Shown here piece by piece: positions 23,954-36,535 of a stretch of 64,000 nucleotides of DNA. A model generated the notes under the pieces. That model ran no database searches, had not been told where the DNA came from, and saw nothing but the letters and a program-made list of their open reading frames with translations. The translations under genes and the position numbers were made by a program. Within the stretch, counting starts at the first letter, position 1, and every line of letters starts with the position of its first letter. Source of the DNA: Takakia lepidozioides (Eukaryota; Plantae; Bryophyta); assembly GCA_030704615.1 (NCBI GenBank), contig CM060732.1, positions 65,968,001-66,032,000 on the forward strand, written 5' to 3'.

Positions 23954-26593
23954 TCAGGAGGTTGCCTTGACACTACTTAGATCAGCTTGTAGTGCCAGAA
24001 TCGAGTCCAGCAAACCTTCACATGCATCCTCCAGCAGGTCCAGCACCTGGTTGTTATCAGCTTCTCAGTCAGCAGAAGCTTCCATCCATCAATTTTATGA
24101 CCTATGATCATTAAACAGAAAATACTGGAACCCTAATAGTTTTTCAGTGGATTCACTGAGTGCAAGCATTGATTTACAACATGGAAGTTCGAGCAAAAGG
24201 GAAAAGACTCGTCAAACACTCTATCAATCAACAGCAGACGAAACTAGGAGGTAACTCTAATCAACAGTGAAGCTGCTGCCTTTAACTCTAATCCTTTCCA
24301 ATCTCCTGATTGAAATTGTGTAGCTGCTTATATTAGAAGTAGCCCCAGGACTCATTTTCCCAGCAGAGCACCACGAGCAGAAAATGCACAAGGTCTGCCC
24401 TCATGAATGGTAATGACCAAGTTGCTGGTTACCTTCTCAAACCCTGCAGGTCCTCCATAGTAAGGGTCGGGTACCTCGGCAACCTGATGCTTTTTGCAAT
24501 AGCTGCACATAAGAGTCACCTGGTCCACAATGGAAGACAATCTCAAGTCCATATCACACTTCCCTAGCCTGTATGATAGCTCCATACCATATTTGGCAGA
24601 GTGGATCCAGGAAGGAAGGGATGCAACCTCAATTCATTCACTGTTTGACTGACCTTGTCTTTGGCATGTGGTGGGATAGGCGTCCTTGCATTCCATCTTT
24701 CATATGCGGCAAATATGTCCTCTGCATCCATGCCCACAGCCGGCTCTCCCAGGAATTTAAATATATTACTCCAGATTGAGCCACCCAACATGCAATCTTT
24801 TTCACCAGAGGAAAAACACTGTACGGGCGAAAGAGCAACAACTCAAACTGGAGATGTCTTCTTAGATTCTGATTACTCATGTGACTAAGACGTTGGCATG
24901 TCATAATCTTGCTACCAAAGGCTTTGCAGGAAGGTAACCGTCAGGCACAGTTAGTTCCCGTGAGAGTTAACATATGCCAGCAGCCCGTTAAAAGAGGTGA
25001 AGGACAATTTCCTGCTGCCCTTAAATTGGCGTACATGTGGAGGAGATCTGGCATCTGTGTGAGTGCATAGGTAACTGCAGATGCATGTACATACGGTTGC
25101 AAACTAAACAACTAGTGGTCTCTCAATTGATTATCCCAAATTAGGCCGGCCTTGCTTCTTGGGCAAGTTTTATGTGGCATTTTGATTTATGAAAAAACAC
25201 AAACGTTTGGTTGGAGAGATCAATTAGATGAGAAGAAAAAGTTCAAACTTTGGAATGTAAGGAAGTTTCTCAACCCCCTGGATTGAACGAATATCACCTT
25301 TGTTCTTCTTGTCCATAGCAAGTATCAAGTCAAATTCTTCAAAATCAGAGGGCCGGATAGGCCTTGAAATAGATGTGAGTTTCACTCCACGCTTCATTGC
25401 TGCAGCTCTCATCCTTGCGTCTGCTGGGTCCCCCTTCACCCCATGGATACATTCCTCCACAATTTTAGCAAATGGCAACGAAGAAGCCATGTCAGGCTAC
25501 CAAGACAATAAAGTCTCCATTCACCAAAATATGGATCTCTAGTGGGCACGAAGCCATTCCCAGAGATAGGGCATTACCAAGGCTAAGTTGGAAGCAGCAA
25601 TGCCCTCCTACCAGTGTCTGGCAAGCAAGTTAAGCAAACAGTGGCATTTAACCAGACCGGGAGCTCCCAGAAATAGGGATACTTTCCGTATCTAGTAAGA
25701 CGAAACATAAGATGTAGCGTTTGAACATTCCATCAAAAAGAGAGAATACCTCATGATAGTCAATTGTGCCAGCAGAGTCAATGTGGAATTTCAACTCCAG
25801 TCCTTTCTTTTCCACAACATTTCGGAAAACTGCCTCCGCTGATGGGCTTCGACAAATGTTACCTGCCTAGCCATCCAATTGGCGACCTTCATATGCAATG
25901 CAAATCCGGACAAGCATTCTCTCGCCTCCAAACTCTGTCTCTGCTACTCCGTAACTTCCTCTAATTTCATGAAACCATTCATCTCCTTCAACAATTCTAT
26001 CGCGGTTGTGCACAGCGGAATCATCTTCGCAGAAAATTCGTCACGAGTGCGTCCGCTACCTTAATCATGGTAGAAGTACACTGTCATCAGTTGAAAACAT
26101 TATTAAGGAACTGCAGCAGCGTGGGATTGTAAAGTACATTTGGTAAAGGTTGACTCCTCCCGAAGCAAGCGTAAACTATGACGTCGCTTCACCCGAGAGG
26201 CAACTGCCTTCGGTTTGGAAGGTGGACACCTTAATACATTTGGTTAACAAACGCAACTCAAATATAATCAAACGGGCCAGATTGCTCACCCAAGCATACA
26301 AAGAGAACTCCAAACGGGATGGATTCCACCAAGTCAGAAGAACCAGTGTCGTCGCCAGCTACCATTTTCACAACAAATTTCGAATTCTGAGTTCCCCTAA
26401 TCATCACACCCCGGACGTGCTGAGCTCCCCTGTTGCTGTCATCTACCGGGGCAAAAGAAGACGAAAATCTTACGGAAGGCGAGACCGTAAAAGGAAATGT
26501 ATACAATCGAGGAAAAAGGGGACCACATCCAGTGCAAGGCCCTCTGGAAGGAAGAATTTTGAGCGTAGTGCACACCATGGACCACATCTGCAT
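23954..26593 (-). CDS. Low-molecular-weight protein tyrosine phosphatase with N-terminal extension (likely organelle transit peptide); exons 26290-26593, 25750-25862, 25298-25433, 24654-24721, 24433-24519, 23954-24046
   Basis: VLFVCLG|NICRSPSAEAVF (CX5R P-loop), IDSAGT, DARMRAAA, DFEEFDLILAMD, VPDPYYGG, VLDLLEDACEGLL. All introns are GT-AG and in phase. The start codon choice is uncertain. Confidence 0.92.
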
Positions 26594-26794
26594 GCTCCAC
26601 AGACTTGCTCCCCCAGCCCCACCCCCAAAACCATCCACACGTGAATTTGAGAGAGACGACCAGTTCATCCATTAGTTCATCCATCCGTCACCCATGTTCA
26701 TTCATCCGTCACTCATCTTCATTCATCCTGACTCAGAATATTCAGAGCCGAAGGCGGTCAGCCTGCCAACCTGCCAACCGCGTTACGTACTAGA

Positions 26795-27159
26795 GAACGG
26801 GCCGTGTTTGGCCGATTCTGCCCTGTAAGCGGCCTTTGGGCGAGCCCTATGGCCGCGCACAGGGCAGAGTCGGCCAACGCGGCCCGTTCACTGGCGTTAA
26901 AAGCAGGTGTGGCGGATTCTCGCCACTACGTGGCACAATATGATTGAGGTTCGATTATCGATTCAGAGCGGATATAAACGGGGCGAGAGCCTCAGGGGAA
27001 GGCGGGTGGGTTGATGGCTGATGACATGGGCCTCGGTGGTAGGTCTGCCGTCCTCAGTGCGTAATCGGCCATCCCTGCCGATTCTGCCCTGGGTGGCCGA
27101 TTCGGCCTGAGAATTAGGCCGAAAAAGTGGCAGAATCCGCCACACCTGCTTTTAACGCC
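26795..27159. repeat. GC-rich hairpin (26795-26889) followed by a MITE-like unit with ~35-bp inverted repeats (26893-27159)
   Basis: gaacgggccg..ggccgattctgccctgt pairs with acagggcagagtcggcc..cggcccgttc. ggcgttaaaagcaggtgtggcggattct..gccact pairs with agtggcagaatccgccacacctgcttttaacgcc. Confidence 0.8.
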
Positions 27160-27939
27160 GGCAGACATCGCGGTAGTTCCACGTCAACCGCGTATGACCG
27201 GCTACTGGCAGTGGATATGAGGGCAACACAGTCTAACCGGTCACCGTGGACTACGCGAGTCTCTCGCGTCGCGTAGATTTTCTCATCTCTCAACGTCTGT
27301 GAAGTTCCTTAAGTAGTCTGATGGAGGGAATTGCAAGGACAGAAGCGGAGAAATCTGGACGCTAAAATTTTGTTCTCCCGTGGTATATGCATTACTCTGG
27401 ATCGTTTTTTGTACTTCTCAAACTTTTGATGCTTCAATTCTCGTAGTTTCTGTCGGAATAGTTTGCTTCTCAGTTTCGTTTTGATTTCCTGGTCTGGAGC
27501 TTTGTTGCGTGTTCATTTCATACCTTTTACCTTGTTTTTGATTCGTCGGTCGCACTTTTGTACTTTGAAGAGGCGCTTGTTCTTGTGCCAGTTCTCTTTC
27601 TCGGCGACTCCATGTTCTGGTAAACTGTTTCTGGTCGTCGCTAGTGGTAGCTCCATCTGTGGGATGCTTGTCAAATGCACCATTTGCTCTCCAGCTTCTT
27701 TGCGTTTTGTTGTTGGCTGTCCACTGGTATGCTAGTCATACAGAGGACACAAGGGAAAGGAAGGAGGACGTGAATCGGAAAGTAGAGTGCAAGGACATTT
27801 CAGAAAGAGTGAATAGAGCGAGGTGAAGAGACAGTCAAACGCGGGCGGATTGTGAGCAGCTAAACGGAGGATCAGGAAAAAGTGAGACGTACGTCAGAGT
27901 TGCGCTTAGAACGCTTCATCAGCTGGTTTCTGCGCCACG

Positions 27940-29405
27940 ATGAATGATCTACTGTCGAATTCCTTCTCCAAGGGACGAACTTATGTTGATCTGAAGCGGC
28001 AGAACTTCAGATCAGATTTGGAAGCCGGTCCAGAGCAAGAGATGGCCAGCATGAGTACCAGCATGAGTACTGATAAGGACCTGTCTCGCTTTTTTGAGGA
28101 GGTTGGACAGATCAAGGACGAAATGGAGAGGATTAAACAGATTCTTGTCAAGTTACAAGACGCGAACGAGGAGAGTAAGACTATACATCGAGCGCAGGCT
28201 ATGAAAGCACTGCGGGATCGGATGGACGCTGATGTTCTTGAAGTGAGCAATTTTGCAAGGTCCATCAAGCAAAAGCTTGAAGATCTTGACAGAGCTAATA
28301 TTGCGAACCGCCGATTTAAGGGGTGTGAGGAGGGGACTCCAACAGATCGAACTCGGACATCAATCACCAACAGCCTGAGGAAAAACTTAAAGGATGTCAT
28401 GGGAGATTTTCAGATTCTTCGGCAGAAGATCGTGGGGGAGTACAGAGAGACCGTTGAGCGCAGGTTAGTGCTGAATTCTCCTCTTTCGGGGAATGTCTGT
28501 CATTCATGGAAGTCTCCTTTCTGCCTTGGTCTATGTATACGGAGTATTTTCTGACCGTTTCTACACAATATTGGCATGCTGACAGCCTTGTGTCAGACCT
28601 CATGATCAGGTTATGATCCCTGTGAGCCAGTTTTACTCACCAGGCTCTGAATGTACTGTAGCGAACTCACCTTCTATCGTACAGCTGGAGTGACTGTAGG
28701 TGTGTGGATGTTACTTCTGTATATATGCTGGTAGCACAGGAATGGCCGCTGGCATGGGCCAGTGTTACTATGAATGTCTGGTTTGACTTGCTGTTATGTA
28801 AGAATGTTCGTCTGACCTAGACGGGGTTAGGTTTTATCCCGAAAGTGAATTTGTGTTTCTTAGCTGAGTTGTTGATGGGGAGAGTTCTTTGTCAACTCTG
28901 ATCTGCTATTAGTGAAGACCCCTTAACACTTTTCTCACAGCCAGTTGATGATGATGGGTGTGAAATATTTTGGGGCAGGTACTACACAATCACCGGGCAC
29001 CAACCAGATGAAGAGACAATAGAGCACATCATTGAGACAGGAAAAAGTGAGACTTTCTTACAACAGGCTATACAGGAGCAGGGGCGTGGGCAAATCATTG
29101 AGACCATTAGAGAGATTCAGGAAAGACATGATGCTGTGAAGGACATTGAAAAGAATCTCTTGGACTTGAACCAGATTTTCATGGACATGGCAGTGCTGGT
29201 TGAAGCCCAGGGAGAGCAGTTGGATGATATTGAGCAGAATGTGCACAGGGCAGCCTCGTATGTAGAGAGGGGCGCTGGGCAGTTGGCGAGTGCTAAGCGG
29301 CATCAAAGAAACTCTCGCAAATGCATGTGCATTGCCATCATTCTGATTATCATACTGCTACTTATCATTCTGATTCCTACCTTGATAAGCTTAAAAGTAA
29401 TCTAA
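27940..29405 (+). CDS. SYP13: Plasma-membrane Qa-SNARE syntaxin, SYP13 group; exons 27940-28463 and 28979-29405
   Basis: MNDLLSNSF, Habc domain ([25 protein letters not shown]), YRETVERR|YYTITG, SNARE motif ([40 protein letters not shown]) and a C-terminal TM segment. Confidence 0.93.
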
Positions 29406-30842
29406 GATGTTGTACTCTTGTTGTAGTTCCAAATTTGTATCAATATCTCTTGAAATTTTCCTCTGACATTCTTTGTCACATACTGCAGTCACCCTTCTCC
29501 CTATCTCATAGCTCTAGGGAGAATGTTAAAATAGGGCAACTTTTAATTGATGGTTTGATTGGCCTTATAAAGAATGGGCTTGGGAGGCCATTGGGCCTGC
29601 ATTATCCCTACAAGTTTGGATGTTTTTCTTGCTACACAAATTGTGATGTCCGAGTTTCAGCACCGTCAAGAAGCAAAGTTACTTTTTCTGCAGAGGATGC
29701 TCTACCCAATTCTTCCATCGTCTTACTATTTTAGTAGGAGTTTTCCTGGCCTCTCTACCTCATCTTTCTGGTGAGCCTAGTGCAATCTTAAGATCTGCCC
29801 ATGAAATCTGGCTGCAATATGTTGTCTTTCTTTCTTTCTTTTTTTACGCGCTGAAGTTAGCTGGTTAAAAGGTGGAGAGTTATTGAGCGGACTTGACTGT
29901 TGGAGACAATTTGCAAGATCAAGGGGTTTGGTGAGAAGCTCAGGTCATGGTTGCCTTGACATGCATTCTGCCATTTCTCTCAGATTTAAACTTCCTCTTG
30001 GTGGAGTAGTGGTTTGGCATTCCTCACAACTTGTCCAACTTCACAAATAAGCAGGAGCAATTTAGTCTTTGTTCTCATCTCTTTGTGCTCTGCGAGGGGA
30101 GCACACTCTACACAATTGGACTAGCAGTAAAAACAGGTGAGAAAGAATATGTGATGTTTCTTCTAGTGTACAGCCTAGATAGTCAGGAGTAGATTTCCAT
30201 TCCGGCTGTGGCCGCAGGAAAAGCCTCCCTTGTGTTGTGTCTAAAATCTGAACAAGCTGTTTGATGAATCAGCAACCCTCCTGTGTTATGTATTGCCTTC
30301 TCCTAAGAAGAAGCTGGCTGGATATTACTGAGAGGTGGCCAGGGAAAGAGGATAACATTTTACAACAGCAGTTGTCAACAAAGCAAAAGAGGGTGGAGAA
30401 CAGGTGAAATATCTGCCTGGAAGCAAGGTATGCTCTTGAGCTGGCATAGGCTTTGAGAGGAATGTTTTGCCTTTCTGCTTGCTTGGCAGGTCCTGCATCA
30501 GTCACTAAGCTCCTATGAGCTTGTGGTAGTGCAACTACTGAATAGCACTGGGCCATGAGTAGGGGAAAACAATTGAAACAGAATTGAGAAGCAGACATGA
30601 CATTTTGGAGCCATACCAAGGGAATACAATTTGGGACCTGAGAGACTGTGAATGAGAGCCAAACTGGGCTCTACAGCCTCATTACAGCAGCCCATGTGTA
30701 AGTGGGTGCCATTGACTGCCTGCCAACATGGGCACAGTCTTCCAGCCTGGCTCTTGGGCAAATTTGGAAAACGAGTGATGGTAATAAGGTCACACTCTTC
30801 TGTGGATCAAATGCTAGCTCTGTGCATTAATTTTGGTGTAGT

Positions 30843-31045
30843 AGGGCTGTGTTCCAGTGGTAAGGCACTCAATGGCCTGTGGGTCTGGGGTTCAAATCCC
30901 TATCATCTCATTGTCTGCCTTCGGGCTGGAGCTCTGCCCCTGTAATGCCTCCATGCCTCAGAAAAGGGGTTTATTTTCCCCCTCAAGGCCCAGTTGCTGG
31001 GGGTGGTGTTTCCCTGGAAACAAACTAAAATAAAATACAAATTGA
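30843..31045 (+). mobile_element. tRNA-derived SINE (family A)
   Basis: A-box-like tgttccagtgg, B-box ggttcaaatcc and A-rich tail. Second copy at ~36342-36535. Confidence 0.7.
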
Positions 31046-31694
31046 TGCCTTTGGGTTCGTTTTTCAACTTGTTTTAGATTCGCACCCTTTTAGTCAAATT
31101 GAAAAGTGTAATTAAAGCTTATTTATTTTTATTTTCCCTGCTCCCATGATATGTGTTAACCTCTCCTGATTGTTACTTTGCTCTAGAAGGTTAACAAATT
31201 AGCGAGGGTAGACTTGGAAATGTTAGGGATGAAGAAATTCATTGTAAATGAGAAAGGTGGCCCCTAAGGGGGATGAAAGGGTGGCCATGGAGTAGGATGA
31301 ACTGTAAAAGCAGAATTTATTGAAAATAACTATTTATCATAGATGAAAGAACGAACATTAGGAGTAATGTAAGAACTTAATGCGCACGTCCGATCTCTGA
31401 CAGGACGGTGCGATGGTTTTTGGTATGTCAAATCTTTCCCACTCCCTCATGGAACTAAAGGGAGTGTAACTCCAGGCGGGGTGACACTGGGTTATGTGGC
31501 AGAGAGTGTAAACTGCACTCGGGGTTACACCAGGTTACACGGAAGGGAGTGTAACTCCACTCGGTATAACTCACACTTGATCTTGAAATTAGAGTAAGTC
31601 CACATTTGGTTAAGTATAAAATGTACTAATAGGACACAAACTAAGGAGAATTACACAAGACATTGGGCAACACCACCCGAGGTTACATTAGCTG

Positions 31695-32271
31695 GTGCCT
31701 CTAATGTCGATTTTGCAATAATCTTGAAGAGCAAAAGAAACGATCTAGGCTCGATAATACCGACCGTGGTGAATCTGTAGTGACGAGATTGATGTTTATA
31801 TGTTTGATGCATATTCAATTAGAGAACTCAAGAGAAGATAGACATGCCAGTACTGTAAGTGAGGCTCATGGACAAGAGCAGCCGGCATGCATGGGGCTTG
31901 AGCAGCTGGCAGGGATGAATTGGAAAGCACAGCATTGAGATCCACTTGGAAGCTACAACCATACAATGCATTGTGGGATTGGTGATCTCAAGGAATAAAC
32001 TCGGAATAAATAGCTTGTAAATGTCTACCCGAAACAAAACCAAGCCAACTTGGAAAAGTCCGATGGAGCGCAGGGGAGACACTACGGTATAGTATTCCAA
32101 GAGTAAGGGAAATTCTGCGTCACCACATTCAAACCACAAGTTATCCTACGAGCTGAGGCTAGCCGTCTAAATTTCAGCACCGTTTGACCATGTATGAGTA
32201 ACATGAGAAAATCCTGCTGCTTTCCAGAAAGCCCAACGTCTACCTACTGCGAATGAGCAGTGCTTCAACAT
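31695..32271. repeat. Segment duplicated (with ~370-bp internal deletion) at ~44877-45082
   Basis: ataccgaccgtggtgaatctgtagtgacgagattgatg...ccagtactgtaa and gcccaacgtcta...gcagtgcttcaacat occur at both sites. Confidence 0.85.
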
Positions 32272-32627
32272 CTCGACTAAATTCCCAAACATGGGCTGCA
32301 TCATAAATTCATCAAACGAAGTATGGCTCAATTGAGAAAGCATAACGTCTCAGTTTCCTCCATGCATGCCAGATAGTTTTCCAAGCAAGGGACCCCACCT
32401 TCGGAACTGGATTTAGAGGAGCCCCCCTGAACCAGCCATCCAAGAGAATGCGGCCAAGATGGTAGTGTGAAAAGGTACAGAAGCTAAAGATGCTGCCTCA
32501 CCAGAAGACTCCATGGACTGTTTGACAGAGTTGACTACTTCAGTTGACCAAAGCGCATCCCGTTTGCAAGTTAGGAGTGACACTCCACACAAATTTGCGA
32601 ACCAAAATTGCGAAGCCATATACCATG

Positions 32628-33653
32628 TTTTTTTTTTTTTTTTTTTTTTAATGAACAGGGGACAGAGGCCCTGATTGAACTTTGTTGAAGATTATTGTTG
32701 GGAAAAGGATTAAAACCCCTGAACACCATAAGGCACACACACCGTAATCAGTGATGTAACTTAGAGAACCAACACCTCATTGAGGCAAAGACCGATAAGT
32801 GGGACCCCGATCCAAGAAAAAACATTGCCAATCTAAGAGCGCCTAACCGATTGTCACACAACCAGTGGGGGGGTTGCGGAGGTCTCTCCCGGTAGGGGGC
32901 AGCTTTGTCCAGATGCAGGAGTCGACGGAGGCAGTCTCGAAGATAAGATTTTGCCTCCCCCAAGAGTCTTAAAATGATGCGTGGATGGCAGTTGCATTTG
33001 TCAGGTGGCGCTTGATGTCTGCACACACTTTGATCCAAGCTTTCCTGGATTCAATTCCAAGGTCATAAAAGATACTAGCGAGAATAGCTGAGAGAGTGGA
33101 TGTTTTCCCTGAGAATGTCCTTACACAACGTGCTTTCCACAGGTGCCATAGGGTAGAGCTTATAAGAGGTTTCGAAAATGGAGCAGTTGAAAGATCTTTG
33201 CTTCGAGGTAGGGTCATAGTTTAGAAGAAAATCGGAAATAGATAGGGTTCCAGTGAGAATAGAATGCACTGTGATGAAGGGCCACAACTTAGCAGGGGCT
33301 TGGCAGTGAAGCAAATTGAGCTCGATAGTGTCAAGGGTGCCAGATTGGCAGCAAAAGCAGTGGAGAGCCTCGTCGAACTGAAGCCACTCCCCTACCTTCC
33401 AAACTCTATTTGCAAGCTGCCAGAGGAATGCTGCTATCTTAGCCGGGCGACTTCTAATCCACACTGAGGCCCCTATCAAAGCCCAGTTCTCATTCCTGAA
33501 TCCAAGGTGCTCCCATCTTGCCTCCCATTTTGCATGCAGGGATTTAGTTTTGGATAGAGCTTTGTAGCCCTTCTTGGTTATGTAGTTGAAGAAAGGCTCT
33601 TGGTCCTTGAATTGCCATGAAGGCTGGGTAATGAGGTTCCACTCCCAGCCTGA
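32628..33653 (-). mobile_element. 5'-truncated L1-type LINE (zf-RVT/C-terminal part)
   Basis: Poly(T) at 32628-32648 (the poly-A tail). AKIAAFLWQLA...CFCC..DTIELNLLHC and TLWHLWKARC. Probable TSD CATGTTTT on both sides. Confidence 0.85.
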
Positions 33654-33797
33654 CATGTTTTCCTATCATGACCTACCGGCCTCTACAGGAACAACTTACC
33701 CTTTAGATCCATCATGTCCATAAGGAAAAACAGGGAAAATTAAAATAAAATCAATTTAAAATAAATGAATTAAAAAAAAACTACACCACGAATCTCC

Positions 33798-34140
33798 TTA
33801 TGGAAAGCCCGCTGCAGTTGGACGCTTTGATAATGCCGACACCTCGGCTACAGCTATGCTTACAAAAGTTTCTTCGATATTACCATAGCTGCTAATTTGG
33901 CTTGGGTGAAGCTGCGTGCAAACATCAAGAAGACTCCAGAATGTCAGTATTCGTTCCTCGCTATCTTCCGACCGACATGGGGAAGGCAAGGCATCATATG
34001 CTACTGCACTGAGGCTGACTCATGTATCTGGCCACAACAAATCCCTCTGCAATGAGGGGCCCTCCTCTTCTGCATCCCCTGAATTCGACAAATGTGACAT
34101 TAATTGGAAACATGTAAAAGTAGCGACCAAGACTAAATTA
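33798..34140 (-). pseudogene. Possible F-box gene fragment
   Basis: DALPSP..EDSEERILTFWSLLDVC loosely resembles the F-box LPxDxxxxILxxLxxxD pattern. Confidence 0.3.
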
Positions 34141-34932
34141 AGCTCCCATAGATAGTCCTTTCAGCTTCTATAGTCTTTCAATCATCCCTCTGTTGATAGG
34201 GAGAGGTTTCTTCCATTTGTGTTACACTCTATGTAGCCTTGTAGGCTGTTTACTGTCATGCTCTCCTCCTTGGCATTTTGGCCTATGTCCAGGGTCAGTC
34301 ACTTGGGTTCTTCCCTGCTTCTCGAATGTTCGCATTCTTGGTCCTTACTGTTCAAGTGTTACCACTCTTTGGATTGTCCCTCACGGACCCGTGTGATTAG
34401 GCCTTATGACGGCCTTCGGGTCTACAAGGGTTTTAATTTTTTTTTAAGAATAATCTTTATAAAGCTCTCAAGGGCAAGTTACTCCCCTTTTATTTAAAAA
34501 GATAAAAATAATAATCTTGATTCTGCGCTAAGGTTTTTTAAAAAAAAATAAAAAATTAAACTGGCGATCCCGTAAGTGAAGACTCCGACCGAATTTGGTG
34601 TAACTAAGAGACACTTCACATTCGGCTACTGCCTCCTATCTGAGGTCAGCGCTATAGCTAATCTCTTCATTGAGAAACCCGCCCACCATTGGAATAAACC
34701 ATACAAACAAAAACAGATTTTAGAATCAAGTTTATATACTTCTTTTTTGGCAATGATCTTGGATTATTTAAACATGCATTACTAAAATTGGCAAGACATA
34801 TCTAATTTCTTCTATTCAATCTACATTGCAACTCCTGTAATCTAATCTCTGAGAAAGACAATCAGCAAGAAAATACGCGCAAAAGTGGTACGATTTTTGT
34901 AAAACATGGAGAATATGATAGAATAGACACAC

Positions 34933-35330
34933 CTAGGGTACAAATACGAGACCATATTTGCATCGGGATATTGTTACATTTGTCCAAATATGATCTAATT
35001 GATATTTGTAATTGATTGTGTGTTCTGAGAATGTTAATTGAAATTTATTTTGAAGTTGTATTTTTTTGTTTCCTAACATGTCAATGGTGAAATCTCCAAG
35101 GAATATTTGTCGGGCATTCACGTGGTACCTTACGATATAATTCATGCAAGTGTAGTAGAAACAGTTGTAAAGGCATTTTAGGGGGGGTTATATATTGCAA
35201 TGTTGCTGATATGAATTCAACGCCATTGTATATAAGGTTTTGCGCTCAATTGTGAAGTTTAAAGCGAAGAATAAACCTTAATCTTCATGTTCTTGATGCA
35301 GATATAAAACTTGTGATGGATAAATTGCTT
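34933..35330 (-). pseudogene. AP-endonuclease (EEP) domain remnant, AT-rich, Helitron/Helentron- or LINE-type
   Basis: IAIYNPP, IFLGDFTIDML and T...QLDHIWTN are EEP motifs (IYxPP, GDFN, LDHI). Confidence 0.55.
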
Positions 35331-35551
35331 AGCAAACGTTTGGCAGGACATGTTATCGTGTGTCTGGCAATGACCTTGGAGTATAACAGATGGTAATTAT
35401 ATTCATCATACTTATCTTCGTCAGTGATGTGAAACATGTGATAGAAACTTTGATTTGGATAGTGACATGTTATTAATCTAACTTTTGTGTTTGTTTGTGT
35501 TTTTCAAGATTGGATAAGGTTTTGAGACATCGAATGGGTACTATGCTCAAA

Positions 35552-35677
35552 TTGAATTTGCACCTAGATATGAATTTGAAATCTTTTCAGGCAGGTTTGA
35601 TAGACATTGTGAGGAATTCAATATGTTATTGGTCCTAAATGGAGTGATTTCAAATTCATCTCTGGGTGCAAATTCAA
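35552..35677. repeat. 32-bp inverted repeat (MITE-like)
   Basis: ttgaatttgcacctagatatgaatttgaaatc pairs with gatttcaaattcatctctgggtgcaaattcaa. Confidence 0.7.
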
Positions 35678-36341
35678 AAGACGCACAACCATAAGGTTGT
35701 GTCACACGACCATATGGTAAGTTGTAAGTGCGATTATGGGAATACTACCCATCTAGGGTGAAGGGACCTAGCACTGCTTCGCACCCGGTGGACCTAAAAT
35801 TTGTCGCGTGCACACTGGTGCCCCCATTCTTGCAGCCCTGCCTGCAAATTTGATCCTCTCTTTTTCTCGCATTCTTGTTGCTTTTCTTTTAGTCCGTGGA
35901 TCACTTGTTGGCTGGCTACAGTGTGCCCATTGAGCTTCCTCATCCCTGTCCAGGTTGGAAGGTGAGACCAAGTCAGTCTACTACCACAATGTCCATTCCA
36001 ATCAATCGGTTTTGTATTCCTGGTTCAATACTACTACCGGCAGTAGTCAGCTGAGTACCCCCCATGTATGTGGTCAATCATCGATTATATTGTCATTAAT
36101 TGCTTCTTCTCCTCATCATCATCCTCATGTTCACCATCTCCTCTGTGAGGTTGATTTCTTTCTTGTGATTAATGTGTTAGGGTTTCCGCGGTCATGTTGT
36201 CGAAGGGTTATTACCAGTGTTGGACTGGTATAAAGTACTGGTATATGCACTGGTATTAGATACCACACTAGTCTGGTATCGTTTGAGAAAATACTTGGTC
36301 ATAATTGAAATGCTAGCTTTGTGCTTTAAATTTGTTGTTGT

Positions 36342-36535
36342 AGGGCTTTGGTCCAGTGGTAAGACACTCAATGGCCTGTGGGTCTTGGGATCAAATCCCT
36401 ATCATCTGATTGTCTGCCTTCGGGCTGGGGCTCTGCCCCTGTAATGCCTCCATGCCTCATAAAGGGGGGTTGATTTTCCCGAGTTGCTGGTGTGATGTTT
36501 TCCCTGGAAACAAAAAATAAAATAAAATACAAATT
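36342..36535 (+). mobile_element. tRNA-derived SINE (family A), second copy
   Basis: tggtccagtgg A-box and ggatcaaatcc B-box; highly similar to 30843-31045. Confidence 0.7.

Noticed and set aside
30843-30900. tRNA gene (also 36342 and 57261)
   Set aside because: A and B boxes are present, but there is no complete cloverleaf. Each is followed by a SINE body and A-rich tail.
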